A stretch of DNA of 64,000 bases from Gordius albopunctatus (Eukaryota), in the NCBI GenBank assembly GCA_964276515.1, contig OZ193909.1:7378001-7442000 (forward strand). Reading direction: 5' to 3'. Below are positions 27,154 through 39,903 of this stretch, piece by piece. The position numbers were made by a program, and so were the translations under genes. Below the pieces are notes generated by a model that did no database searches, was not told the DNA's origin, and saw nothing but the letters and a program-made list of their open reading frames with translations. Positions within the stretch are counted from its first letter, which is position 1. Every line of letters starts with the position of its first letter.

Positions 27154-28606
27154 TAGTGTTTCGATCTCGTCTCGTCTCGTCTCGGCAGCGATTATGAAAA
27201 TCTCGTCTCGTGTCGGTCTAGAAAAATCTCGATCTCGTCTCGTCTCGACTTTTTAAAAAAACATATACGGAATAAAAATTTCTCCCGTTTTATTAAAAAT
27301 ATTAAATAAGTTTTAAAAAATTAAAATGGCAAATTTTTTTATTTTTTGATAAACTTTAATACACAAACCTTTTAAAGATTTAGCGGGACACGACATCTCA
27401 TCGTCAATATAAAGATATGAATTCATTCAAAAAAATAACATTTTCTATGGAAAGTGCAGACTAAAAACTATAAATAAATTTGAAGTATAAATAATTAAAT
27501 TTTATTGTTCTAGCAAATTATAGCGTTTGTATCAAATCACCGTGTATGTAAACTATATAAACTTAGAAAATAATAATTTCGGTTATAGTTGACTTTGTTG
27601 CACAATTTAGCAAATTGAGAGCCTTTATTAACCCTGGCTAAAGCTTCAAAGTAGACCTTAACATATTTAAGGCAAACATTTAAGTCCATTAGTACCATTA
27701 TTAATTATAGCCCATAGTGTTTATTGCATGTTTACTATAGCGTTAAAAACCACAATGTGCGAGTGACTTTTAATGGATAATATTATTATTTACAGAATTG
27801 ATAACTAGATGCACAAAACAACAATATAAGCAAAATTATTATAGGATTAGGAATATAAGGGGATAAACTCTAAATTGCACGTATTCAAATTTATGACAAA
27901 AATCATTAAAATCAAATTTATATTCTAAATAATTATCTTCCAATTCTAACTAACTTTGACATTAAATAGTTATTTAGCGAATATAGCTGAAGCATAAAAG
28001 TTCTAGAAAACTCATGCTTTAGATTTAATCTATTGCGGTGTCATTAAATAATCTATTGTAATTTTGAAATCGTTAAGCGGGTGCTAAAAAATCTCGAGCC
28101 ACCTTAGCTTAACTAGTTTAATTATTCAAACTGATTGACCACAAATTTATAATTAACGCATTATGCAGGATGAATAACTGCGAAATATAAATATGCTTTG
28201 TTTATATTTACTATTAAATCAGAACTCATTCTAAGCCTATAATTTTGTAATATTTAATAATGCTTTGGATTTAAATATGTGATAAAGATATTATAAAATT
28301 ATTCACATACCCTAAGGGTCAACCATACTTAGGTAAATCCTGCAAAAAATATAATATTTACAGGAATTTTTTTAATGTCAAATATATTCCATATCCATAC
28401 GTATTAATTTAAACTTAATACCTTAAATGTAAATCATGCAAATTCAAATACACAATAATTTACTAAAATATAACGATAAAAAAAGTCGAGATCTCGCCGA
28501 TATAATCTCATCTCGTCTCGACATCAAAATTCTCGTCTCGATCTCGACTCCATCTTTTAAATTCTCGTCTCAGACCGAGATTTTTCTCGGGTTTTCCGCA
28601 TCACTA
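27154..28606. mobile_element. Non-autonomous hAT element with TCTCG subterminal repeats
   Basis: Termini TAGTGTT..ATCACTA; TSD TCCATCAT / TCCATAAT; TCTCGTCTCG arrays at both ends. Confidence 0.8.
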
Positions 28607-29497
28607 TCCATAATTCCATATTTATTATCCAAATTATAATGCACTTAAGTTGCTAATGTTTATGTTGCTGAGCACTCCTATTTATTGCGCATGAATTAAA
28701 TTGTATTGATAACATTCTTGATAATATCACACATATGCACAAAGTATATAGAACTAAAAGATAACGTGTATAAACATTACAATAATAAAAATTGATGTAA
28801 TTCAGTCACTGGAAGTCAAAAATCACCTTCTTCACACATCTAATTGTCAGAAGCAATTAATAGTAATTATTTAAAGATATGATATTCAATTCAATAAATA
28901 TAACTTTCAAAAATCAAAAGGACGTCTATTAAATATATATATTAGATCATGAAATAAAGCCAGAATATGAACATTTGTTAATTGTTAAAGTTTAATAATA
29001 TCTAATATTAATAAAAGCCTTTTATTAATATAAATGGATACAATGAATATTAACTCCCAAATTTAATGTTGAAATTTTAATATTGTTAGGTAAATGAATC
29101 ATTATAAAATAAGACTATAAGCATTCCTTAAATACTTTGATATATGATTCACTATTACCAAGTCTCTAACTTTACTAAAAATTCCTAGAAAATAGTGATA
29201 TAATGCCTCTCATTCATGGGCGTCGGCAGGTGGGCGGAATGACGAAAAAAAAATATTTGCTTAAGAGCAATTCTATGGAGACCCCCTCAACTAAAAAAAC
29301 TAAAATGTCGAGGTTCCTGGATCCACAAAACTTTTTTGGAACTCCGCTCTCTTAACCACGAATGGAATACTATAATCCCCATAATGCAAAACAGATCCCC
29401 TTGGAAAGCCTTTTCTGCCTCCAATTTCCCTTCAAAATATCCCCTCCCAATCGCCTCAACTTCGAGCTGTCTCTGAAGCCTACAACATCCAAAATAA

Positions 29498-29752
29498 ATG
29501 ATCAGATCTATCCCTGAGACAGAGAAGATCAAAAATTCAAAACACATTTACACAAATCATAATCATGAATGTGATTATGATTTTTATGAATCATTAGTAA
29601 CAAAAAATGCCCTTAAGGATGCCAAAAAAGCTGATCCAGAAAAAGACAATAGAGCAATTTTTAATGAAGTTATGAGAAACAGGGGACAAATGATAGATGT
29701 TAAATTATTTCCATCAGCCACTCCAACATTTATCTCTATAAAAAAACTCTGA
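29498..29752 (+). pseudogene. Possible Mutator/FLYWCH-type transposase fragment
   Basis: HNHECD..LK....RAIFNEV pattern only. Confidence 0.35.
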
Positions 29753-30641
29753 CTAGGTGTGTATCAAAGCCTCAACCTAATCTTTTAAGTATTAGTAGGG
29801 ATTTGATTGTTCCTTCCCAATTATGATATATTGATGGACCATTATTTTATCAAAATAATGAGGAAAATGGAGATTATCTTGTTACTTTTTTATTAGATTG
29901 TATATCGTGAATGCCACCCCCAAGTTAAATCTTTGCCTGACACCATTTCTTAGCTACGTCTATGTAGCCATTCAGGCGCGTAGCCAGGATTATCACGAGG
30001 GGAGGAAATTTGGCAAAATTTTTTTCCATTTTATTTGTAATAAGAAGTAAAAATTAAACAACCAAAAAGTTGGACCCACTCGGCTAAGGGGTGGGGAGGC
30101 TACCGTTCTAAATTTAGATTTTTCAATAGGCCTGGGCGGGCACCATAATGAGATTTTTTGTCACATTTCTATTTATAAAAATTCTAGAATTAGATTAAAA
30201 TTTTTTGAAAATAGGACAAAATTAATTCATGAAATTTAAAATCGTCATTTTGGTTCGGGCTGTCGGACAGAATTAGTGCATTGGGCAATTAAAGAGTTTT
30301 GGCAGGCAATTTAGTTATCAAATAGTGACGGGTTCTAGCAAAAAGTATTAGACAAATATGATAAATGATATAGGTATTAATATTATATAAAATGAGGAAC
30401 ATTATAATAAACGCTTGGTGTTTTCACTCGAAATAAATGTTCAAACAATTTTTTTTCATAGCAATTATCACAATCATATTCGGAAATAAATAAAAAAAAA
30501 TATATGTATATATTATGTTTCTAGGTTTTTATAAGTGTCTTAAAGTCTTTGATGTAACTAAACTAGAGTCCTGCATGGGCCAGTAAACCCATCAACCCAC
30601 CCGTCGAGGAAAATAAATATTTTAATGGGCTGGGTTGGGCC

Positions 30642-31239
30642 TAGAGCCCTGCACGGGTCGCCCGATCGGGTTTCGGGCCGGGGTCGGGCAAAATTTTATA
30701 ATATAGTCGTGGCTCGGGTCGGGCCTGATGTGGCGGCCCGAATTGAACTAAAACAAATTAATCTCCTATAAAATAGGATTTAAATAAATTTCGATATTAA
30801 ATTATTTTTCGCACAGCGTACATTATATAGCTTCCAAACTTTAGCTTTTTCCCTTGTCTATTATAATATAACTGACCTGAATTGCAAATCTTATTCTAGT
30901 ATTTAAATAGATTTATAGTAGCTGTTACAACTTTAGAAATAAGATAAGTAAATATTTTAAAAGGTTTTTTTGTTTGAACTGTTAAAAATATATATTATAA
31001 AGTTATATTTTTAGCTTTAAAATTTTTTATTTCAAACTTATCCTAGTTGTAAATAATAACAATCTAATGCATTTTATATTAAGATGGTGAAATAATTTTC
31101 AAAAATATATTTCTCATAAATTTTATTTAAAAAATCGGGTCGGGCCAAAAATAAAAAAAATCCTTCGGGCTCGGGCAAAATAAAAATTGAGAAGTCGGGC
31201 CGGGTTCGGGCAGAAGAAATTTAATTTGGCAGGGCTCTA
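30642..31239. mobile_element. hAT MITE with TCGGG subterminal repeats
   Basis: TIRs TAGAGCCCTGC / GCAGGGCTCTA flanked by the direct repeat TTGGGCC. Confidence 0.85.
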
Positions 31240-31246
31240 TTGGGCC

Positions 31247-32061
31247 TAGAGCCCTGCACGGGTGACCCGACGCCCGGGTCGGGTTCGGGTTAAAAATTTT
31301 AAAATACCTTCTTGTCGGGTTGAAAATTTTATAATAGTTTCGGGTTCCGGTTGAAAAATTTAAAACGCTTTCGGGTCGGGTTAATGTTGCAGCCTGAAGA
31401 GCTTAATGAGCTCTATGACGAGATTAGGTCATTAATGAATGATAAAAGTTGCGAAAGTCTAAAGGAAAAGCCAGTTGTTTAAAGGGAGGTATCAAAGGAA
31501 AATAATCAGCTAGGTATTTAACATATAACTTCATGTTAAAATATATTTTAGAAGATAATGCTAACTTGTCTTTCATGGATTTTTCCGGTTGGGAGGAATG
31601 TGCAGATGAAAATGTTCAAGAAAAAGATGAACTTGATGAATATATTCATTATAAACTTACAAAAAAGGATGATGAAATATACGACACATTAGAATGGTGG
31701 AGAATATATTCTTATAAATATCCTGCTTTAGGGTTATTGGCTCGTAAATTTCTGGCCATACCTGCCTCCTCTGCGTCCAGTGAGAGATCTTTTTCTACGG
31801 CTGGACGAATTTTAGAAAATAGGAGGTCGAGTTTACGGCCTGAAATTGTAGACGCTATTATATTTATACCTAATTATAATAATTCTCTCAAATAAATTTA
31901 TTATTCAAATTCGTGGTGTCAAATTGTTTCTCCAATTTATTTTGGCAAATCAATTTAAAATATTTAAAACGCTTTCGTGTTTGGTCGTTTTTGGGTTGAA
32001 AAATTTTTAAACGCTTTCGGTTCGGGTTCGGGTTGAAAAAATGTGACTTTGCAGGGCTCTA
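31247..32061 (+). mobile_element. hAT deletion derivative carrying the hATC dimerisation domain (31533-31895)
   Basis: TIRs TAGAGCCCTGCA / TGCAGGGCTCTA; TSD ATTGGGCC / ATTAGGCC; LEWWR..YPALGLLARKFLAIPASSASSERSFSTAG. Confidence 0.9.
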
Positions 32062-34093
32062 ATTAGGCCTAAATCAATTTGATGGGCTGGGCTGAGAATT
32101 GTTGAATAATAAAAATTTAGTTTTAAAATTAAGATATTAATTCTAATTAAGTTTTGCAATTCTGAATTTTAATTAACATCCGTCGCTTCGCATTTTACTA
32201 ATTCATTTTATTCTATTAACATGTTAAAACCGCCAACTTTTAAATATATTGATAATGACAATGCTAAAAGCACCTCAAATATATGGAAAGTATTTATGTT
32301 GGAAGTAGGAGATAACAACAAACCAACAGGAAATGTTAAATGCAGGCTCTGTAATGCTATCTATAGTCATAACGTCATGATGAGAGAAACAATTCTGGGG
32401 AATAATGCTAAAAAGCTTTGTATGTCTAATGATGTACAATTGAATGATTTTTCTATGTTTGAAGAAGAAGAACCAGCATTTTCACAAGAACTTGATGAGG
32501 TTCAAAAATATATTGATTTGAAATATACATCATCATCTTCTACCTCAAATGAAGCGAATGATGATAATGATCTTACATGGTGGAAAAACCACACCTGTGC
32601 ATTTTTTTATCTTAGGAACTTTTTCAGCTGCCGGCCGAGTTTTAGAAGAAAGGATGTCACGGTTGAGCCCGGAAAATTTAGAATCCATACTATACATCTA
32701 TCATAATCTAAAACCTAGGGGTATTTAAAAATTTTATAAGCTATATACTTTTAATTATTTTAAAAGTGAAGCAATGGAAATTGAATTATTAAAAGATGGA
32801 ATTGACACAGATGATTAATTTATATCATTTTATTGTATTTTAATATATATCTAATATCAAAATAAATATATTTATACATTGTAAAGTGTGAATTAAATTT
32901 AGGAAGAAAAAATATTTAAGATGGGCTGGGTTTTGTTAGGCATCGACTGGGTTGTGCTGGGCTTAGAAGTTTGTGAGCATGGGCTGGGTCGACCTGAACA
33001 TGGGTTGGGCTGGGCCGGCGAAAATCGGCCCATGCAGGACTTTAAACTATAATATTTTAACTCATTTAATTTAGTTATTAATCAAAAATCAGGAGGGCGG
33101 AATTTCCCGCCCCCCCCCCTCATTTACGCCACTGTAGCCATTTCATTGTTCGCAATACGCATGTGTGTCGTCTAGACATAAAATAAAGGCGTCATGCCAT
33201 TTTCACACAACATATGCAGTGTTTTATTCTAATTCATTCAAATAAAATTTGGTTCAATTCGCCTTATTCATTCCGTAAACTACGCAATTACTTATTTCTA
33301 AAATAATAATTAATTTCCATATCATTTTGTTTTGTCCCAATTCACTCGCCTTTTATATTCCCTTATCTACGCTATTACTTATTTTTATAATACACTAGAT
33401 GTGAACTGCCAAGCGTTGCTTTCCTTGGCTTATCTCTATATCAGCTAAATAATTAGTATGTATTGATAGACCATATATGAAAGAATTAGGGTCTTCTTTA
33501 AGAGAGTTTATGATTTGAAACAATATAATACTTTATTAATAATAAATATCATTTAACTTAATAATAAATAGATTTATAACAATTTTAGATAGTAATTTTA
33601 TAGGCTAAAGTGGAATGTTTAACGATAATATGCGTAAATGGGTATCAAAGTTTTATAAGTTATAAACCACTGGTGTATAAAACTCAATCTTAATATCCGA
33701 CAATGTAGAGAAAATTTTTTAGGAAAACATGTATAATAGTATATTGTCATAGCCTAAAATCTATAGCATTCGACTAAAAGTATATTCAAAAACGCACCTA
33801 CAAATTTGATTTAATAAAGGCATTTGCAATATTTGGTTGAATTCAAAATTAATTAATAATAAAATTAACTTTCGCGACTATAATGAAAGCAAAACAGCAA
33901 GCAAAATTTAATCGTAAATGGCTTTTTGTTGAAGCGTTAGCTTGAAATATTAGATCGCGCATAAAACCAAAGATCACTTTGTGATGTTTTGTTCACGATG
34001 TAAGTCTACATCGAATTGAGCAGCAGCAGATCAATTTGGTGCAGTGGCGTAAATGAGGGGTTGGGACGGGAAATCCCCCCCCCCCCCGTTTTT

Positions 34094-37000
34094 TTTTATT
34101 CTTATTCTTGTTTATCAGTTATTTGGTCCCACATTGGTGGGGTTTGTTTTGATGAGTCTCTTCCATCTTGACCGGGTTAGTGCCATGTCTTGACTAATCT
34201 CTTTAGTTTCCATAACTTTATCGACTTGCCCTTTCCACGTGACACGGGGTCGTCCTCTTCCTCTCTTCCCCGGTATTTTCATGTCTAGCACTTTTCGATT
34301 TACGTCATCCGGGTCCCTTCTTAGTATAAGCCGATTTTCGTTAATCATGTCCGCCATAGGTTGAATACTCATTTTTGTCATGAGAAAGTCAATCGTCATA
34401 TGGTCGAGCTTAGTATACCCCAAGCTCCACCGTATCCTTCTCATCTCCGTGTCTTGTAATAGCTTTCCTTCCGTGGTGTTTAATGCCCATGTTTCACTTC
34501 CATAGAGTAACACCGGTCTTACGATGGATTTGTAAGCTTTGCTCTTCAAACATATTGGCATTTTCTTGTCGCACATTACACCGGATATACTTCGCCATTT
34601 AAGCCATCCTTTTTGAATCCGGGCATTGATTTCAGTTGCGCAACCTCCTTCTTGATGTAGCATAGAGCCGAGGTAATTAAACCTGTCTACTTTTGGGTAT
34701 TTTAGGTGATCATCCAGCGATGGGGTGCTTGTACCGTTCATTTCCATGTATACCGTTTTTGGATCGTTGACCTATAAACCATATCCAGCTAAGCGTTTTG
34801 ACCACTTTTCTGCTTTTTCGAATACCTTCTCCCTTGTTTCCTCGCATAGTACTATATTATCGGCATATAGCATACACCATGGCGATGGCTTTTGAAAGTC
34901 CCTCGTTATCGTGTCTATAATTATATTAAATAAAAAGGGACTTAAAGCAGAGCCTTGATGTAATCCAATATTAACCCGAAAAGGTTTAGAGTCTCCATCT
35001 GTCGTCCTAACGCAAGAGTTTGAGGCTTCATAGATATTTTTCATAAGCCGTATATATGCGTCAGGGATATTTTGTTTCCTCAGGCACCACCATATTAAAT
35101 CGCGGGGACCGTGTCATAAGCTTTCTCTAAGTCGATAAAAACCATATGTAGGTCTTTCCTCTTTTAACCATATTTATCCATCATTTGTCCTAGGGCGAAG
35201 ATTTTGTCGATTGTGGATTTGCCGGCCACGAATCCGAATTGATTAGCCGATATTTCCACCTCGTTTTTCAGCCTTGTTACTAAGATCCTTTCCAAAAGCT
35301 TCAAGGAGTGACAAGTTAGCTTGATACCTCTGTAATTGCCGCAGTCCTGAGGGTCTCCTTTTCCTTTGAATAAGGGTATAATCGTGCTTGCTCTCCATTG
35401 ATTAGGGATTCGCTCTTCTACCAATATCTTGTTAAGGAGGTTCGTCATGGTGGTGACTCCTTCTTCACGACATCCGAGCAATGCTTCCATAGGTATTCCA
35501 TCTGGGCCATTTGCTTTTCCTTTTTGCATCTTGTTCATTTGTGTCCTAACTTCATCCTTCTGAAAGAGTTCGACGATACTTATATTTGGCTCAATTTCGG
35601 GAAGGGAATCCTTGTCATTTGCAATATTCATAAGTTTCTTAAAATATCCTTTCCACCTTTCCATCACTTCCTTCGGCTTGAATAAGGTTTGACCCTTCTC
35701 GCTTTTGACTATTTTAAGAACTCCGACATCTCGACTTTTCTTCTCCCTTATCTTGGCCAATTTGTACATAAGCCTATCGCCCCCTTTATGATCCAGTTTG
35801 TTTGCCATCTCGGTGTACGCAGCATTCTTCGCTTTTGCAACGGCCTTTTTTGCGCCCCTCTTTGCGTCCCTGTACTCTTGATAATTCTCCGACTTTTTTG
35901 ATTTATGCCACCGTCTATATAGATTTTTCTTTATTTCGATGAAATCTTTAACCGATTGATCCCACCACCATAGTTCCCTATTCATAGCTTTGCCTCCTTT
36001 GGTCTGTCCTAGAACACAAATCGCTGTTTCCTTAATGTCCTTAGATAGCGTTTCCCAATCTTCGTCTACGTCCCTTTGCAACTTCCTTGCACCCAAGAGT
36101 GAGGAGGCTTTTTGATGGTATTCTTCGTTCGTCGACGTATCCTTTAGCCTTTCGTATCGAATTCGAGGTTCATATACCTTTCTTCTTTCGGGAAATACTC
36201 TTCTGTCAAGATCCATAAAAAGGGGACGATGTTGCCTGGCGATTTCTTCTCCCGGTATTACTTTGCAATCTTTGATACTCCATAAGTCCTTTCGCCGTAT
36301 AAGAAAATAGTCTATTTGACTAAAATGCTTCCCACTTCTATAGGTCACAATATGATCTTCGCGCTTTTGAAAATAGGTGTTAACGATCGCCATTTCATAT
36401 GCTTGGGATACTTGGAGCAGTTTTTCCCCTTCTTTGTTCTTCAGACCATGCCCATAGCCTCCATGATTGCGTTCATACCCGAGGCGATCTTTCCCTACGT
36501 GAGCGTTGAAATCGGCCCCAATAATTAGCTTTTCTTCCTGTCGGATTCCTTGTATTTCCTTTTATTCGAAGAATATGTCTTTCTCTGATTCCGAACACCC
36601 AATTTGGGGAGCATACGCGCACATAACGGTTAGGAGGCCCCCTTGATCCGCAATCTTCACCCACATTAGCCTGTCGGAACAACGTTTGACTTCCACCACC
36701 TTGTCCTTGAACGATTCGCTTAGAACGATACCGACCCCGTTTCTACGATTTGGTGACCCACTGCAGAAAAGCTTGTATCCTTCTCCTAATTCCCGAGCCT
36801 TCGTTCTGTTCCACCTCGTCTCTTGTAGGCAGGCGATGTGTACCTTTCTTCTTTTTAACATCTGTGCGACCTCGATGCTCTTCCCCGTCAACGTTCCCAC
36901 ATTCCAGCACGTAATTCGCATTCTTTCCACAACTAGTTTCCTTAACCGCCTTCGTTGTGAGTTGGGCAGTAACCCTAGTGTATTTTTTACATTGCACGGG

Positions 37001-37169
37001 CGGGGTATGCAGTGCGCGTCGTTTGTGGAGGACGCCCTAGCCTTTTCTTGTAAAATCTCGTTTGAAACTATCATAAATTTTGGAGTTGATTTTTATAGCC
37101 GGTTTCCGACCTGACGCCAACCCTCCACTTTTTGCACACGGACTTGGGACCGTCGTAGGTAGTGTTGTT
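34094..37169 (-). mobile_element. RTE-clade LINE copy 2, full length but frameshifted
   Basis: ORF pieces 37074-36562, 36393-35164, 35044-34772 and 34747-34115 are paralogous to copy 1 and share its 5'UTR. Tail AAGAATAAGAAT(A)n; probable 6-bp TSD GTTTTT (34088-34093 / 37170-37175). Inserted in a CAGTGGCGTA-terminated DNA element. Confidence 0.93.
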
Positions 37170-37170
37170 G
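37117..37170 (-). ncRNA. Twister ribozyme (type P1) at the 5' end of RTE copy 2
   Basis: Minus strand reads CAAC^AACACUACCUACGACGGUCCCAAGUCCGUGUGCAAAAAGUGGAGGGUUGG. P2 CACU/AGUG, P4 ACG/CGU, pseudoknots AC/GU and CCC/GGG, conserved GAGGG strand, possible 3-bp P1 CAA/UUG. Confidence 0.9.
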
Positions 37171-37277
37171 TTTTTGATTAATAACCTAATTAAAATTAAA
37201 ATGCTTTTATTCGCTAAAATTGGTACATGAAATATATAATAAACGAGCTTAAAATAATATTATAAATAAATAAAAAA

Positions 37278-38790
37278 TTATTCATCACAATCGTCAATAG
37301 CAAACACGGGCCATGTGTCAGAAAAAGATTTGTAATTATATTTAGCTATCAGAATGCCGCTTTTTTGGCGTAAAATAAACCTGGGTGAGTATTTAGCTTT
37401 GGGGGATCTGTTTCCTATCGATTTAAAAAAAGCTAATGCTTTTTTGCCAAAAGTGGCCGAACAGGAAGCTACTATTGGAATAAAGATCTTAGAATGAGCA
37501 ATGGCTCGGTATTTGAGTGTCTTGCGATCTTCGGCACAAGAAAGTGGGTTATAATTATTATTAGTTGGCGCAAAAATATCTATGCAGGTAAAGTCCCATG
37601 CTAGGAACTTACCATCCTCCCAGGGGATCATAGAAGCTCCGTCGGGACGCATTCTACCTTCTAAAGAAAAATCGGATGGTTCAAGGATGGAAGGAGTTCC
37701 GGCCTTTTCTAAAGCCGATTGGATTAAAAGGTTTATCTTTCGATGTCGGATAAAGCGATATTTGTTTAACTTGCAATGAAGTGGGTGATGAGCCCAGATA
37801 TCTATTTCCTTATTGCAATTTTTGCAGGGATATCCTATGGTAACTTTAATACCTAGGCGGAGAGCTATTGCATACGAAACTTCTGGATTTGAAAGCAAAA
37901 GTCCTGAGTGTTTACTTGGGATACATTCAAGCCATTCGTGACCAGAGTCGGCCGTAAGTGACCTGAGATTAAAATGCTGCACAGTATCACAACTCGAAAG
38001 TAGGTAAGCGACGGAGCGCGATACTATACTGGCATCCCAATCTCGTTGTTTTACCGACTCCGTAAGGCTGGTTCCTGGTATGACGTTCTCATGCCAAGAC
38101 AATATGGCCAATTCCGTTAAAAAATCATTTGATTGAGAGGTTAATTCAAAAACAAGATCCTTCACAGATTTAAAGGACGAGAGAAAAGCCACAAGGGAAA
38201 TAGTGAGTGGGGACCTAATTCCTAAGCCCCCAAATTTGGTTGGAAGCGTGGCCTGCAGCCAGCTGGTATTATCAAAAGGTAGATTCAAAATTTTTTAAAG
38301 GAGATCTTTAATTGTAGATTCATATACTCTTAAAATATCTGTATGTAAGAAAGCAGCAGCTGATCTAAAACAGTGCTGAATTTTGGAGATGTTTAAAAGG
38401 TTTTTTATCATAAAAAAAGCTTGATGTCTAGGTAGTAGTTTTAAAAGATTAAATTTTGAGGCCAAAAAGACTAAATTCTTGTTTAAAAAGCTTTGTAAAC
38501 AGGTAGATCCACCTATTGGCGAGCCGAGCATTGATAGATTTTCTTTATTCACAATGGAATATGTTTTAAATATGGAATTTTGATCAAAGTTAGGGGGTTG
38601 TGAAACTTCGCATTTAGAATCATTAAGTGTTAGATTTAGGGATGCACAAAAGTCTTTAATTATATTAATTGCTTTAGTTACTTCTGCATGGCTGCCTGCC
38701 AAAGTTGCATCATCAAGATACCATACATGTAATGAAAGGTTACACTGGTTATTTATTTGATTTATTAGTTTTTGTATGCCCAACAAAATA
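37278..38790 (-). mobile_element. 5'-truncated CRE-like non-LTR retrotransposon (RT end + CCHC + restriction-like endonuclease)
   Basis: WYLDDATL, LGSPIG, WLQATLPTKFGGLGIRS, LRLG, CKNC..HHPLHC, RH, ILEP, RPDG, WDFT. Frameshift near 38290. Confidence 0.8.
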
Positions 38791-39903
38791 ATGGGGGTCC
38801 TAAATACGTTATAGTTTAGTTTTAAAGACAATTATAAAAACATAGAAACATAATATATATCTCAAACTTTTTATTTAATTTTTGACAAAATGTGATGTAA
38901 AATTTCCCAATATGATTGAGAAAAATGAAAAAAAACTTTTTTAAATATTTATTTCCCGTAAAAACACCAGACCGTCCCAGGAAGTAGATAACTAAGCGAT
39001 TAATGTTCTTCATTCTATATAATATTAATACTTTTATCATTTATCATATTTGTCTAAAGTTTTCTGCTAGAACCCATCAGGTTTGATAACTAAATTGCCT
39101 GCCAAGGCCAGCCAAAACGCTTTAATTGCCCAATTGACTAATGCTGTCCGAACTGCCGGAATCAAAATGACGATTTTAAATTTAAAATTTGATCTGATTG
39201 TAGAAGTTTGTGACAAAAAAATAGTAAACAATATAAAAAATCTCATTATGGTGCCCGCCCAGGCCTACTTAAAAATCTCAATTTAGAACGGTAGCCTGCC
39301 CGAACCCTTAGCCGAGTGGGCCCAGCAGGGAGCACAACTTTTTGGTTGTTTAACCCATTAAAACCCAAGAACCCCTCGATGAAAAAACTTGAAAATCAAG
39401 ATTTTTTATTAGTTTTATACCAAAATAACATCTGCATTTTATTTCCCGAAAAAACAATTCTAACTATATTTTTTAAAGCGTCGTATATATCATACGCTGG
39501 GAGACTCATATTTACCCCGCTATGTAATAATTTTAAATTATACGTAGTTAGCAAATTTTTATCTGCTAATACCTTCTTATAATAATTTAAAATATTAAGA
39601 TGAATGAAATCTAAATCAAAATTTTTATTCTCTAAGGATCAATACCCTCCCCCCCCTCATCCCCATTAGTCGCTCTATATTCATAAGTTTGGAAACAAAA
39701 TCCTTTTATAATAATTTTCTTCCGAATATTAGTATTTTAAACATTTATATAAAGAATTCAGCAATTAAAAATGCAATAATAATTTTCATTGCTTATTCAT
39801 TAGATCAATAATTAATTTATTAAAAGCCCTTATAAACGCCTATTAAAAGCGGCGCAACTTCTCTGTGTTGGGTTTTGGTAGACCAATGCTCAATGTCCTC
39901 GTA

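Larger units (their letters stand above)
30564..33044 (+). mobile_element. Internally deleted hAT transposon (BED-finger and hATC remnants at 32221-32706)
   Basis: TIRs TAGAGTCCTGCATGGGCC / GGCCCATGCAGGACTTTA; TSD-like AACTAAAC / AACTATAA; SNIWKVF..VKCRLC; DEVQKYI..LTWWKNH. Confidence 0.8.
29973..33134. mobile_element. Non-autonomous hAT-type element, outermost layer of a nest
   Basis: Termini CAGGCGCGTA..TACGCCACTG with perfect TSD TAGCCATT. Related copies lie at ~26150-26572 and at 34042-39352 (inverted). Confidence 0.85.
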
